Notes: generated from the letters alone by a model not told the origin. A stretch of DNA of 64,000 bases from an uncultured Mycoplasmatota bacterium (GCA_946639185.1 CAMPBR010000001.1:19550-83549), one strand, 5' to 3'; numbered from the stretch's first letter, positions 8,790 to 18,451 are shown. A program made the numbers and translations.

Positions 8790-8805
8790 TGTTTCACGTG
8801 AAACA
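8790..8805. promoter_or_regulatory. parS site
   Basis: TGTTTCACGTGAAACA, a perfect palindrome. Confidence 0.88.
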
Positions 8806-8835
8806 TATTGTCTATTTAGGCAAAAAATATATAAA

Positions 8836-8853
8836 TTATTTCCCGGGAAATAA
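8836..8853. promoter_or_regulatory. Noc-binding site (NBS), 18-bp palindrome
   Basis: TTATTTCCCGGGAAATAA with core ATTTCCCGGGAAAT at 8838-8851. It lies 14 bp past the gyrA stop and 31 bp from the last parS. Confidence 0.7.
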
Positions 8854-8866
8854 AAAAAAGAACAAA

Positions 8867-11512
8867 CTAAGCTGTTTGTTCTTCATTATTTACATCATTT
8901 GGCTGTTCTTCTACTTCAACATTTGCGTTATCCACAACTTCTGTTGATTCTTCTTCATCATCTTTCATAACTAAAGAAACAGTAGCAACCTTTTGACCAT
9001 CTTTTAATCTAATTAATCTAACACCTTGAGTAGCTCTACCTAATGTAGATACTTGAGACATAGACATTCTCATAACTACACCACTATCAGTAATAACAAC
9101 TAAATCACTATCATCATTAATTGCAAGTAAAGCAACTAAATTACCATTCTTTTCAGTAACATTTAATGCCTTAACACCCTTACTACCACGGTGAGTTAAA
9201 CGATATTCAGAAATTGGAGTCTTTTTACCATATCCATTTTCAGTAACAACCATTACTTCTTCATCTGGGTTAATTACTTCTGCTCCGATTACGTATGCAT
9301 CTTCTAATTCAATTCCCTTAACTCCTGAAGCTGTACGACCCATAATACGAACTTCGTTTTCCACAAATCGTACCATTCTACCATTAGATGAACCAATAAT
9401 AAATTCGTTTTCCCCAGTTGTTTTTCTAACTGCTATAAGTTCATCATCTTCTTTAAGACTAATAGCTATTTTACCATTATTTCTAATACTATCAAATTCA
9501 GATAATTCAGTACGTTTAGTAATACCATTTCTAGTTACAAACATTAAATACTTATAAACATCTTCATCTGGTTTAACTGAAAGAATTGAATTAATCTTTT
9601 CATCTTTTTCAATTGGTAATAAGTTTACGATAGGTAATCCTTTACTTTGTCTACTAAATTCAGGTACTTCATAACCTTTCATACGGTAAACTCTACCCTT
9701 ATTACTAAAGAATAAGATATAATCATGTGTTTCCATATTTAACATTTTTTCCACAACATCTTCTTCATTAGTAGACATACCCTTAATTCCAACTCCACCA
9801 CGATTTTGAATACGATAAGTATCTGCAGTAATACGCTTAATATATCCTTTATTAGTTAAAGTAATTAAAGTGTTTTCCACAGGTATTAATGATTCATCTT
9901 CAATATAATCAATAGCTGTCATATCAATATGAGTACGTCTTTCATCAGCAAAACGCTTCTTAATTTCAAGCATTTCATCCTTAATAATACCAATAACACG
10001 TTCAGGTTTAGCTAAAATATCCTTATAATCAGCTATTTTAATAGTTAAATCATTTAATTCAGCTTCAACCTTACCACGCTCTAATCCAGTTAAACGACGT
10101 AATCTCATTTCAAGAATACTGTTTGCTTGAATTTCATCTAATTTAAACTTAGACATCAAATTATCTCTTGCTTCATCATCAGAATCAGCAGCTCTAATTG
10201 TTTTAACAACTTCATCAATATTATCAAGAGCAATCTTTAATCCTTCTAAAATATGAACTCTTTCTTCAGCTCTTTTAAGATCATATCTAGTTCTTCTAAT
10301 AATTACTTCTTTTTGATGATCAATATATTTACTAATAATATCCTTTAATCCTAAAGTTCTAGGAGTACCATTATCAAGTACTAAAAGGATAATACCATAA
10401 CTAATTTGGAAATTAGTATGTTTATATAAATTATTTAAAACTACTTGTGGATTAGCATCTTTCTTTAAAGTAATAGTAATTTTAACACCATTCTTTAAAT
10501 CTGTATGATAATCAGAAATACCATCTATTACCTTATCACGAACAAGTTCAGCAACTTTATTCTTAAGTTCCATAGTATTAACACCATATGGTACTTCATC
10601 AATAATAATATAATGATGATTTCCATTTTCTTCAATGGTAGCTTTACTACGAATAGTAATTGAACCTCTACCTGTTTCATAAGCTTTTTTGATACCAGAA
10701 TTTCCAAGGATTATACCACCTGTTGGGAAATCAGGTCCCTTAACATACTGCATTAAACCTACAGTATCAATATCAGGATTATCCATATAAGCTATACATC
10801 CATCAATAACTTCTCCCAAATTATGAGGGGGAATATTAGTAGCCATACCAACAGCTATACCCATAGAACCATTTACTAAAACATTAGGGAATCTAGAAGG
10901 TAAAACTCTAGGTTCTTCTCTAGTTTCATCAAAGTTCTTATCCATATCAACAGTATCTTTGTTTATATCTCTTAATAATTCTAAGGAAATTTTTGCAAGT
11001 CTTGCTTCTGTATAACGGTATGCAGCTGCTCCATCACCTTCAATATTACCAAAGTTACCATGTCCATCAACTAACATGTATCTTTGGTTAAAATCTTGAG
11101 CTAAACGAACCATCGCATCATAAATAGATGAATCTCCATGTGGATGATAACGACCCATAACATTACCTACTGTAGTAGCAGATTTCTTATGAGGTTTATC
11201 TGGAGTATTACCATCTTCAAACATAGACCATAAAATACGTCTGTGAACGGGTTTTAAACCGTCTCTAAGGTCCGGAATAGCTCTGGACGTAATAACACTC
11301 ATGGAATAGTCTAAAAACGAATCCTTGACCTCTTTTACGATATTATTTTCAGTTAATTTATCTCTCTCATGAAATGTTCCACCAAATTCAGTATTTTTAT
11401 CTGTATTTTCTTCAAATTCTGGAACTTCTAACTCTTTATTTTCATCATCATTAGAATCAGCTTGAGCTCTTTCTAATAATTCATCTAAGTCATCTCTATT
11501 TTCATTATCCAT
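8867..11512 (-). CDS. gyrA: DNA gyrase subunit A
   Basis: Contains FLDYSMSVITSRAIPDLRDGLKPVHRR and the active-site region AAAYRYTEARL, plus C-terminal beta-pinwheel repeats. It also has acidic N- and C-terminal extensions. Confidence 0.97.
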   Translation of the reverse strand: MDNENRDDLDELLERAQADSNDDENKELEVPEFEENTDKNTEFGGTFHERDKLTENNIVKEVKDSFLDYSMSVITSRAIPDLRDGLKPVHRRILWSMFEDGNTPDKPHKKSATTVGNVMGRYHPHGDSSIYDAMVRLAQDFNQRYMLVDGHGNFGNIEGDGAAAYRYTEARLAKISLELLRDINKDTVDMDKNFDETREEPRVLPSRFPNVLVNGSMGIAVGMATNIPPHNLGEVIDGCIAYMDNPDIDTVGLMQYVKGPDFPTGGIILGNSGIKKAYETGRGSITIRSKATIEENGNHHYIIIDEVPYGVNTMELKNKVAELVRDKVIDGISDYHTDLKNGVKITITLKKDANPQVVLNNLYKHTNFQISYGIILLVLDNGTPRTLGLKDIISKYIDHQKEVIIRRTRYDLKRAEERVHILEGLKIALDNIDEVVKTIRAADSDDEARDNLMSKFKLDEIQANSILEMRLRRLTGLERGKVEAELNDLTIKIADYKDILAKPERVIGIIKDEMLEIKKRFADERRTHIDMTAIDYIEDESLIPVENTLITLTNKGYIKRITADTYRIQNRGGVGIKGMSTNEEDVVEKMLNMETHDYILFFSNKGRVYRMKGYEVPEFSRQSKGLPIVNLLPIEKDEKINSILSVKPDEDVYKYLMFVTRNGITKRTELSEFDSIRNNGKIAISLKEDDELIAVRKTTGENEFIIGSSNGRMVRFVENEVRIMGRTASGVKGIELEDAYVIGAEVINPDEEVMVVTENGYGKKTPISEYRLTHRGSKGVKALNVTEKNGNLVALLAINDDSDLVVITDSGVVMRMSMSQVSTLGRATQGVRLIRLKDGQKVATVSLVMKDDEEESTEVVDNANVEVEEQPNDVNNEEQTA

Positions 11513-11526
11513 CTAATTTCACCACC

Positions 11527-13464
11527 CTAAATATCAAGATTTTGTACGTATTGTGCATTTTCTTCAATAAATTGTCTTCTAGGTTCTACCTCATCACCCA
11601 TAAGCTTTTCAAATACATTATCGGCTGCAACACAATCATCTACTGTAATTCTTCTTAAAGTACGTTTATTTATATCCATTGTAGTCTCATTTAACTCTTC
11701 AGCATCCATTTCTCCTAAACCTTTCATACGAGCTATTTCAGCCTTATTTCTAACGTTTTCAGGTAAAGAATTTAAATATGCATAAAGTTCTGATTCATCT
11801 AGAACATATTTACGTGTTTTACCATGCATAATTCTAAATAATGGAGGTTGAGCAGCATATACATGTCCAGCTTCTACTATTGGTTTAAAGAAACGATAGA
11901 ATAATGTTAATAAAAGTACTCTAATATGTGCACCATCAACATCGGCATCAGTCATGATAATAATCTTATCGTATCTTAATTTAGATAAATCAAAATATTC
12001 ACCAATACCTGTACCAAATGCAGTAATTATAGTCTTAATTTCTTCATTTCCTAAAGCTCTATCAAGTCTAGCCTTTTCAACATTAAGTATTTTTCCTCTT
12101 AAAGGTAAAATAGCTTGAGTCATAGAATCTCTTCCCTTTTTAGCTGATCCACCGGCAGAATCTCCTTCGACTATAAATATTTCAGATACACTAGGATCTT
12201 TACTCTTACAATCAGATAGTTTACCAAAGAAATTAGTTGTTGATAAATCACTCTTTCTTGTAGCTTCTCTTGCCTTTTTAGCAGCCATACGAGCATTCTT
12301 TGCTAATATAGCTTTATTAATTATAGTTCTAGCTTCTTCAGGATTTTCAAGTAAGAATCTTTCAAATCCTTCACTAAATACGCTATCTGCTAAACTTCTA
12401 ACTTCACTATTACCAAGTCTACCTTTAGTTTGTCCTTCAAATTGAGGATTTGGATGTTTACAAGAAACAATCATAGTTAATCCTTCTCTAACATCATCCT
12501 CTTTTAAATTTTCATCTTTTTCTTTTAAAATATTATTTTTACGAGCATAACTATTAATTACTCTAGTTAACGCACGCTTAACTCCTTCTTCATGAGTTCC
12601 TCCATCATGAGTATTAATATTATTAACAAATGAATAAATATTAGCATTATAAGAAGTATTATATTGCATAGCTACTTCAAACATAACACCATCTTTTTCA
12701 CCTTCTAAATGAATAATATCCTCATGAATTGGTGTTTTTTCTTGATTTATAAATCTAACATACTCACTAATTCCACCTTCATACATAAAAGTTTCTCCAG
12801 TAGTATCTTCTAAATCTCTATCATCACGTATATTTAAAGATAAACCTTTATTTAAGAAAGCAAGTTCACGTGTTCTTACTTTTAACGTTTCATAATCATA
12901 TATATCAGTATCAAATATTTCAGGATCAGGTTTAAACGTAACAGTAGTTCCTGTTCTATCTTCAGAACATTCTCCTATTACATGTAATGGTTCAACTATA
13001 TGTCCACCATTTTCAAAACGAACTTTATGAATTTTACCATGCTTATAAACAGTAACTTCTACCCATTTTGATAAGGCATTAACAACTGATGCACCAACTC
13101 CATGAAGACCTCCAGACACTTTATATCCACCGCCTCCAAATTTTCCACCAGCATGAAGTACTGTATAAACAGTTTCAACTGTAGAAATCTTTGTTTTAGG
13201 GTGAATATCAACTGGTATACCACGTCCATCATCTTTAACAGTAATTGAATTATCTTTGTTAATTACTACTTCAATATTATGACAAAAACCTGCTAAAGCT
13301 TCATCAATTGAGTTATCAACAATTTCCCATACTAAATGATGTAATCCTTTAACATCAGTAGTACCAATATACATACCTGGTCTTTTTCTTACTGCTTCTA
13401 GTCCTTCTAAAACTTGAATATCCGAAGCATCATAATGTTCTAAATCTTTGTTTTCATTATCCAT
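11527..13464 (-). CDS. gyrB: DNA gyrase subunit B
   Basis: Contains [16 protein letters not shown], a GHKL ATPase domain, Toprim EGDSAGG and the [10 protein letters not shown] motif. Confidence 0.97.
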   Translation of the reverse strand: MDNENKDLEHYDASDIQVLEGLEAVRKRPGMYIGTTDVKGLHHLVWEIVDNSIDEALAGFCHNIEVVINKDNSITVKDDGRGIPVDIHPKTKISTVETVYTVLHAGGKFGGGGYKVSGGLHGVGASVVNALSKWVEVTVYKHGKIHKVRFENGGHIVEPLHVIGECSEDRTGTTVTFKPDPEIFDTDIYDYETLKVRTRELAFLNKGLSLNIRDDRDLEDTTGETFMYEGGISEYVRFINQEKTPIHEDIIHLEGEKDGVMFEVAMQYNTSYNANIYSFVNNINTHDGGTHEEGVKRALTRVINSYARKNNILKEKDENLKEDDVREGLTMIVSCKHPNPQFEGQTKGRLGNSEVRSLADSVFSEGFERFLLENPEEARTIINKAILAKNARMAAKKAREATRKSDLSTTNFFGKLSDCKSKDPSVSEIFIVEGDSAGGSAKKGRDSMTQAILPLRGKILNVEKARLDRALGNEEIKTIITAFGTGIGEYFDLSKLRYDKIIIMTDADVDGAHIRVLLLTLFYRFFKPIVEAGHVYAAQPPLFRIMHGKTRKYVLDESELYAYLNSLPENVRNKAEIARMKGLGEMDAEELNETTMDINKRTLRRITVDDCVAADNVFEKLMGDEVEPRRQFIEENAQYVQNLDI

Positions 13465-13465
13465 A

Positions 13466-14581
13466 CTATCCCGCCTTTTCTGTTATAGTTCCATTTTTAA
13501 CAATAAATATTTTACTGGAATTAACAATTCTTTTTTGTATATTCTTTAAATCTGTTGTAGTAACAATAGTTTGAATATCATCTGGAATATACTTAATTAA
13601 TTTATTTCTTTTTTTGATATCTAACTCACTAAATATATCATCAAGTAAAAGTATTGGGCTTGTACCCTTTTCCTCTTTAAATAAAGATACTTCTGCTAAC
13701 TTAAATGATACTATAGCAAGTCTTTGTTGTCCTTGAGATCCATAAAATTTTAAATCCTGTTTTTCTAACATAAAAGAAAAATCATCACGATGTGGTCCAT
13801 ATAATGTCATACCCTGAATTAATTCTCTTTTAATATTAGATTTAAGTTTTTTTAAGAATATTTCTCTAATATTATTAATATCATAATTATCTATATCAAT
13901 ATTAGTCTCATATATAATTTCTAAACCATCAATACCTATAATATTCTTATATATATCATTTATTTTAGAATTAATATAATCAATATACTTTTTACGATAT
14001 AAATAAATATCACATCCACGCTCTACTAGTTTTTCATTTAAAATATCTAAATATCTATTATCAGTCATACCATTTATATTCATTTGTTTTAAATATTCAT
14101 TACGATTCTTTAAAATCTTATTATATTCATTTAAATAATTAACATATAATGGATATAATTGACTAATTTCAATATTTAATAAATTTCTTCTAATTTGTGG
14201 ACTTCCCTTAACAATATCTAGATCATTAGGACAAAACATAATCACATTCATATTTGAAATATAATCAGCTATTTTCTTTATTTCTTTATTATTAATGGAT
14301 ACTTTTTTATTATCTTGATTAATAATAATTTTCAATTCTTTAAAAGTTTTATTATCTTTTAAAGATCCATTAATCTTACATGTTTGAAAACCATCCTGTA
14401 TTATATTATTTTCAAAACCCACTCTATGTGATTTTGTAAGTGCAAGAATATAAATACTTTCTAATATATTTGTTTTTCCTTGAGCATTATCCCCAATAAA
14501 TATATTAATTTTATCTGATAATTTTACTTTTTCTTTTTTATAATTACGATAATGTGATAATTCTATCTTCGATAAATACAT
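13466..14581 (-). CDS. recF: DNA replication/repair protein RecF
   Basis: [14 protein letters not shown] aligns with the Bacillus RecF N-terminus, with Walker [10 protein letters not shown] and the signature GSQGQQR. The ATG at 14581 is preferred over the track's TTG at 14602. Confidence 0.92.
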   Translation of the reverse strand: MYLSKIELSHYRNYKKEKVKLSDKINIFIGDNAQGKTNILESIYILALTKSHRVGFENNIIQDGFQTCKINGSLKDNKTFKELKIIINQDNKKVSINNKEIKKIADYISNMNVIMFCPNDLDIVKGSPQIRRNLLNIEISQLYPLYVNYLNEYNKILKNRNEYLKQMNINGMTDNRYLDILNEKLVERGCDIYLYRKKYIDYINSKINDIYKNIIGIDGLEIIYETNIDIDNYDINNIREIFLKKLKSNIKRELIQGMTLYGPHRDDFSFMLEKQDLKFYGSQGQQRLAIVSFKLAEVSLFKEEKGTSPILLLDDIFSELDIKKRNKLIKYIPDDIQTIVTTTDLKNIQKRIVNSSKIFIVKNGTITEKAG

Positions 14582-14708
14582 AAAATCAACAAAAACACCC
14601 AAATCACAACCAATCTATATTTTTAGTATTCCTATACCTACATATACATTATATCATAATTTGGGCGTTTAAACAGTAAATTTTAACTATTTTCCTATTT
14701 TTTTATTA

Positions 14709-15161
14709 TTATTTTAATGATTTTTTTCTATTATTTAATATATAGTTTAATTTAGATGATCTAAGCACCTGATTTTCAATAGAATATTTAGATATTTTAG
14801 TAGGAATTTTCTTTCCATTTTTTAAATATATATAAGTCTTTCCATATTCTTCTTCAACTCTATCAAACCATCTTAGAGAAACCCAAACACATTTTGGGTT
14901 ATCCACTTCTGATAGTGGAAAAAATATTAAATCATTTGCTTCTTCCACAATTATTGGTACTTTATAATTAATTCCCAACATTTTTCTACTTCCTATTGTT
15001 CTACCACTATATGTACTACCAAAATACTCACAAGATCTTTCCATAACAGAAAAAGAACTATCACCTATAAAATAATCGTTAACATCTTCCATTACTTTAC
15101 TAAGGTTATCATTTACCCCAATTACTGCTAGTGTTTTTTCATTAACTTCATATTTTTCCAT
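14709..15161 (-). CDS. ComK-family transcription factor-like protein
   Basis: YEVN..TLAV, RSCEYFGSTYSGR, PIIV, IFFP, C.WVS and S.ENQV.R are collinear with B. subtilis ComK motifs (YEVN, RSCRFFGSSYAGR, PPIMV, IFLFP, CGWIS, SFENQVYR). At 150 aa it is shorter than ComK. Confidence 0.65.
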   Translation of the reverse strand: MEKYEVNEKTLAVIGVNDNLSKVMEDVNDYFIGDSSFSVMERSCEYFGSTYSGRTIGSRKMLGINYKVPIIVEEANDLIFFPLSEVDNPKCVWVSLRWFDRVEEEYGKTYIYLKNGKKIPTKISKYSIENQVLRSSKLNYILNNRKKSLK

Positions 15162-15243
15162 ATATTATCCCCCTTTTGAAAAAATTTAAGTCCTACTATA
15201 ACACCTACAAATAGCAAAATATGTCGAATTTTGTATAAACAAT

Positions 15244-15272
15244 AAAAAAAAACGACTTTTTCAGTCGCTTTT
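15244..15272 (-). terminator. rho-independent terminator after dnaN
   Basis: The minus strand reads GCGACU-GAAAA-AGUCGU followed by U9. An A-run on the other side makes it potentially bidirectional. Confidence 0.6.
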
Positions 15273-15274
15273 TA

Positions 15275-16396
15275 TTAATATGTTCTAATTGGTAATACTA
15301 ATTGAGTTAATCCTTCATCTTTAGTAGATTTTAAAATTATAGGCTTTACTTCTCCAACAAAGCTAATAGTTACTTCATCATCATCAAATGATTTCAATGC
15401 TTCCATCATATATTTAGCTACAAAAGAAATTTTAATATTTTCATTATTATCTTTTTCAATATTCATTTTTTCTTCTACTCTACCAATTTCAGCACTATTA
15501 CTTCTAACAAATAATTTATTACCTTCTACTTCAAACATAACAATATTTTTTTCTTTATCACTAGTTAAAATACTAGCTCTATCGATTACATTATATAAAT
15601 CATTAACATTTACTTTAATATTTAATACAAATTCATCTGGTAATAAATTAGCTGTATTTGGATATGTACCACTGATTAATCTTGATTGGAATAAAATATT
15701 TTTATATTTAATTAATATCTTATTATTAAAGATATGAAGTTCTATATCATCTTCACCTTCATCCATTATCTTAATGAATTCAAGTAAATTTTTACTTGGA
15801 ATAACTATATTATAGTTATCATCTACACTTTCAGATAAATTATTTAATTTTCTAGCTAATCTATAAGAATCAGTAGCATTACATTCCATAATATCACCAG
15901 TTATTTTAAAATTAATACCAGTAAGTATTGGACGAGATTCATCAGCAGATGTAGCGAAACTAGTTTGACTAATAATATTTCTAAATACTCTACTATTAAC
16001 ATTTAAAGGATTTTTAGATAAATCTAAGTTAATACTAGGATATTCATTTTTATTAATACCATTTAAGTTAAATTCACTATTATCTGTGTATACTGTGATT
16101 TTTAATTCATCTACTACTTCAATATTAATATATTCATCTGGTAATTTTCTAACTATATCTAATATATATTTACCTTGAATAATAATACTTCCTTCTTTTT
16201 CAATAACCATATCATCACAATTATCAATTTCTACTTGAATAGTAATATCATTATCACTTGCTGTTAATGTTAATCCCTTTTTAGTAAGATCAAACTTAAT
16301 TCCTTGAAGTACTGGTACTAAGTTTTTAACTGATAAAGCTTTTGATACTTTATTAAGTCCATCTAATAATAATTCTTTTTTAATTTTTAATTTCAT
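15275..16396 (-). CDS. dnaN: DNA polymerase III beta sliding clamp
   Basis: 373 aa with three-domain clamp architecture, the LVLPIRTY C-terminus, and a position directly after dnaA. Confidence 0.95.
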   Translation of the reverse strand: MKLKIKKELLLDGLNKVSKALSVKNLVPVLQGIKFDLTKKGLTLTASDNDITIQVEIDNCDDMVIEKEGSIIIQGKYILDIVRKLPDEYINIEVVDELKITVYTDNSEFNLNGINKNEYPSINLDLSKNPLNVNSRVFRNIISQTSFATSADESRPILTGINFKITGDIMECNATDSYRLARKLNNLSESVDDNYNIVIPSKNLLEFIKIMDEGEDDIELHIFNNKILIKYKNILFQSRLISGTYPNTANLLPDEFVLNIKVNVNDLYNVIDRASILTSDKEKNIVMFEVEGNKLFVRSNSAEIGRVEEKMNIEKDNNENIKISFVAKYMMEALKSFDDDEVTISFVGEVKPIILKSTKDEGLTQLVLPIRTY

Positions 16397-16423
16397 ATTT
16401 AATTCCTTCTTTCTAATTATTTT

Positions 16424-16537
16424 TTATTCTTATTATTACTGTGGAAAATGTTTATAACTACTATTTTCCTTTATTTTAAAGAGATTTATAAGATTTATCT
16501 TGTGGATAAGTTGTTATTAACTTTTTTATTATCCACA
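16424..16537. promoter_or_regulatory. oriC part 2: DnaA boxes plus a DnaA-trio-like run in the dnaA-dnaN spacer
   Basis: Boxes are TTATCCACA (16529-16537, perfect), TGTGGATAA (16501-16509, perfect, opposite orientation) and TGTGGAAAA (16440-16448, 1 mismatch). On the minus strand the last box is followed by G TAA TAA TAA GAA TAA (16424-16438). Confidence 0.75.
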
Positions 16538-17941
16538 CTACTCTATTTCTTTTTTTAATTTTTCAATAGTATTAGCTAATTCTTTATTTTCTTTTATCTC
16601 TTTTTCAACCTTTTCTACTGAGTGCATAACTGTTGAATGATCTTTTCCACCAAAGTCAATTCCTATCTTAGGAAAAGATTCATCAGTAAGTACTCTACAC
16701 AAGTACATAGCTATTTGCCTTGGTACCGTTAGATTAGCACTTCTTTTCTTAGATTTCATATCTTCTACTGTTATTTGGAAGTATTCTGCTACTATCCTTT
16801 GTATCTTATTTATACTGTTTTTTTCACTATATCCTTTATTTATATCATCTTTAAGTGCTTCAACAGCTAAATCTAAATTAATTTCAGCAGCTCCAGAAAA
16901 AGCTGAGTATGCAAGTAATCTATTTATTGCTCCCTCTAATATTCTAACATTATTACCAATATTAGATGCAATATATTCTATAACATCATCAGGTATATCT
17001 ATATTAATAGCTTCCCCTATTATCTTTTTCTTAAGTATTGCTACTCTTAAATCAAAATCAGGTGGATATATATTAACAGTCAACCCCCAACAAAATCTAG
17101 TTTTTAAACGATCTTCTAATTGTTTTAAATCTTGCGGTGATCTATCTGAAGATATAACTATTTGCTTATTATTTCTATGTAATACTTCAAATATTTTAAA
17201 GAATTCATCTTGAGATTTAGATGCACTTTGAAAAAATTGAATATCATCTACAATTAATACATCAACATTTCTATATTTATTCTTAAAGTAATCTATTTTA
17301 TTAAAATTCATTCCATTATCATCTTTTTTATTAATACCAACGAAATCTGAAACAAATTCATCACTACTTACATATAAAACTCTTAAATGTGAATTATTTA
17401 CTATATAATTACCAATAGCATGCATCAAATGTGTTTTTCCTAGTCCACTATTTCCATATATAAATAATGGATTATATAATTGCCCAGGTGCTTCTGCTAT
17501 TTGAACTGCAGCTCTTTGAGCAAATTTATTAGTATTACCTACTATAAAGTTTTCAAAAGTATATTTAGGATTTAAATTAGAATGATGAACATAATTAAAG
17601 CTATTATCCACAACTTCTGTGGAATTATTATTTTCATTATAATTATTATAATTGTTTATAGTATTATTTTCTTCTGTATTATTTAATTCTTCAATTTCTT
17701 CTTTAGTATAAAACTCAACTGATACATTATCATTAACAACATTATTTAAATTATCAACAATCATATCATAATAATTAGTACTTAAATGTTTTTTACATAT
17801 TGACATTGGAACTATTACTTTACATACTCCATCTTTATATTCATATAATTCTGTATCTTTAAACCAAGCTTCAAAAGAAAGAGAAGATAGTTCTGTCTTT
17901 ATGTTATTTAAAAAGTTTGCCCATATGATTTTGACATTCAT
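16538..17941 (-). CDS. dnaA: chromosomal replication initiator DnaA
   Basis: Contains AAA+ Walker A GNSGLGKTHL, the domain IV motif DHSTVMHS, and an N/Y-rich domain II linker. Confidence 0.97.
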   Translation of the reverse strand: MNVKIIWANFLNNIKTELSSLSFEAWFKDTELYEYKDGVCKVIVPMSICKKHLSTNYYDMIVDNLNNVVNDNVSVEFYTKEEIEELNNTEENNTINNYNNYNENNNSTEVVDNSFNYVHHSNLNPKYTFENFIVGNTNKFAQRAAVQIAEAPGQLYNPLFIYGNSGLGKTHLMHAIGNYIVNNSHLRVLYVSSDEFVSDFVGINKKDDNGMNFNKIDYFKNKYRNVDVLIVDDIQFFQSASKSQDEFFKIFEVLHRNNKQIVISSDRSPQDLKQLEDRLKTRFCWGLTVNIYPPDFDLRVAILKKKIIGEAINIDIPDDVIEYIASNIGNNVRILEGAINRLLAYSAFSGAAEINLDLAVEALKDDINKGYSEKNSINKIQRIVAEYFQITVEDMKSKKRSANLTVPRQIAMYLCRVLTDESFPKIGIDFGGKDHSTVMHSVEKVEKEIKENKELANTIEKLKKEIE

Positions 17942-17999
17942 AACTATCCCCCCCGACTAAAGATAATATCCGATTGCAAGAATTATTATAAGTTAAAAT

Positions 18000-18178
18000 T
18001 GTGGAAAAGAAAATAGAAAAAACTAAATTTTTTTTCTCCACAAAAAAATCACAGTTTATCCACAAACTTTTCCACAAATATAAGCTATATAAATAAAGGA
18101 AAAGAGTGACTTATCAACAAATTTTACAAAATTCAAAATTCACAATGTTTATAAATCAATCCACAGGGCTGTGGAAAC
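18000..18178. promoter_or_regulatory. oriC part 1: DnaA-box cluster upstream of dnaA
   Basis: Boxes are TGTGGAAAA 18000-18008, TTCTCCACA 18034-18042, TTATCCACA 18056-18064 (perfect), TTTTCCACA 18068-18076, TTATCAACA 18111-18119, CAATCCACA 18157-18165 and TGTGGAAAC 18170-18178. Confidence 0.8.
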
Positions 18179-18216
18179 TGTTAATAATAACTTTTTTAAA
18201 TAATTTTCTTTTATTA

Positions 18217-18246
18217 TTGACAAAATCAAATATTTTTTATTATAAT
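18217..18246 (+). promoter_or_regulatory. candidate sigma-A promoter of rpmH-rnpA
   Basis: TTGACA (18217-18222), 18 nt, then TATAAT (18241-18246), about 34 nt upstream of the rpmH ATG. Confidence 0.45.
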
Positions 18247-18279
18247 AATGTAGATTTTATGTCTGGAGGTGGAAAAATT

Positions 18280-18402
18280 ATGAAAAGAACTTATCAACCA
18301 AATAATCGTAAAATGAAAAAAGCTCATGGATTTTTTTCTAGAAAAAAAGGTAACGTATTAAATAGTAGAAGAAGAAAAGGTCGTAAGACTTTATGTAAGT
18401 AA
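18280..18402 (+). CDS. rpmH: 50S ribosomal protein L34
   Basis: [40 protein letters not shown] (40 aa) with RBS GGAGGTGG. The 98-aa track ORF (18106-) is an upstream over-extension across oriC. Confidence 0.9.
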   Translation: MKRTYQPNNRKMKKAHGFFSRKKGNVLNSRRRKGRKTLCK

Positions 18403-18451
18403 GAATACCACAATAACTGTGGTTTTTTTTGCATTAAAATCAGGTGATAAT

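Noticed and set aside
18106-18279. The upstream part of the 98-aa ORF that contains rpmH.
   Set aside because: It runs across the DnaA-box cluster and the rpmH promoter. L34 clearly starts at 18280 after GGAGGTGG.
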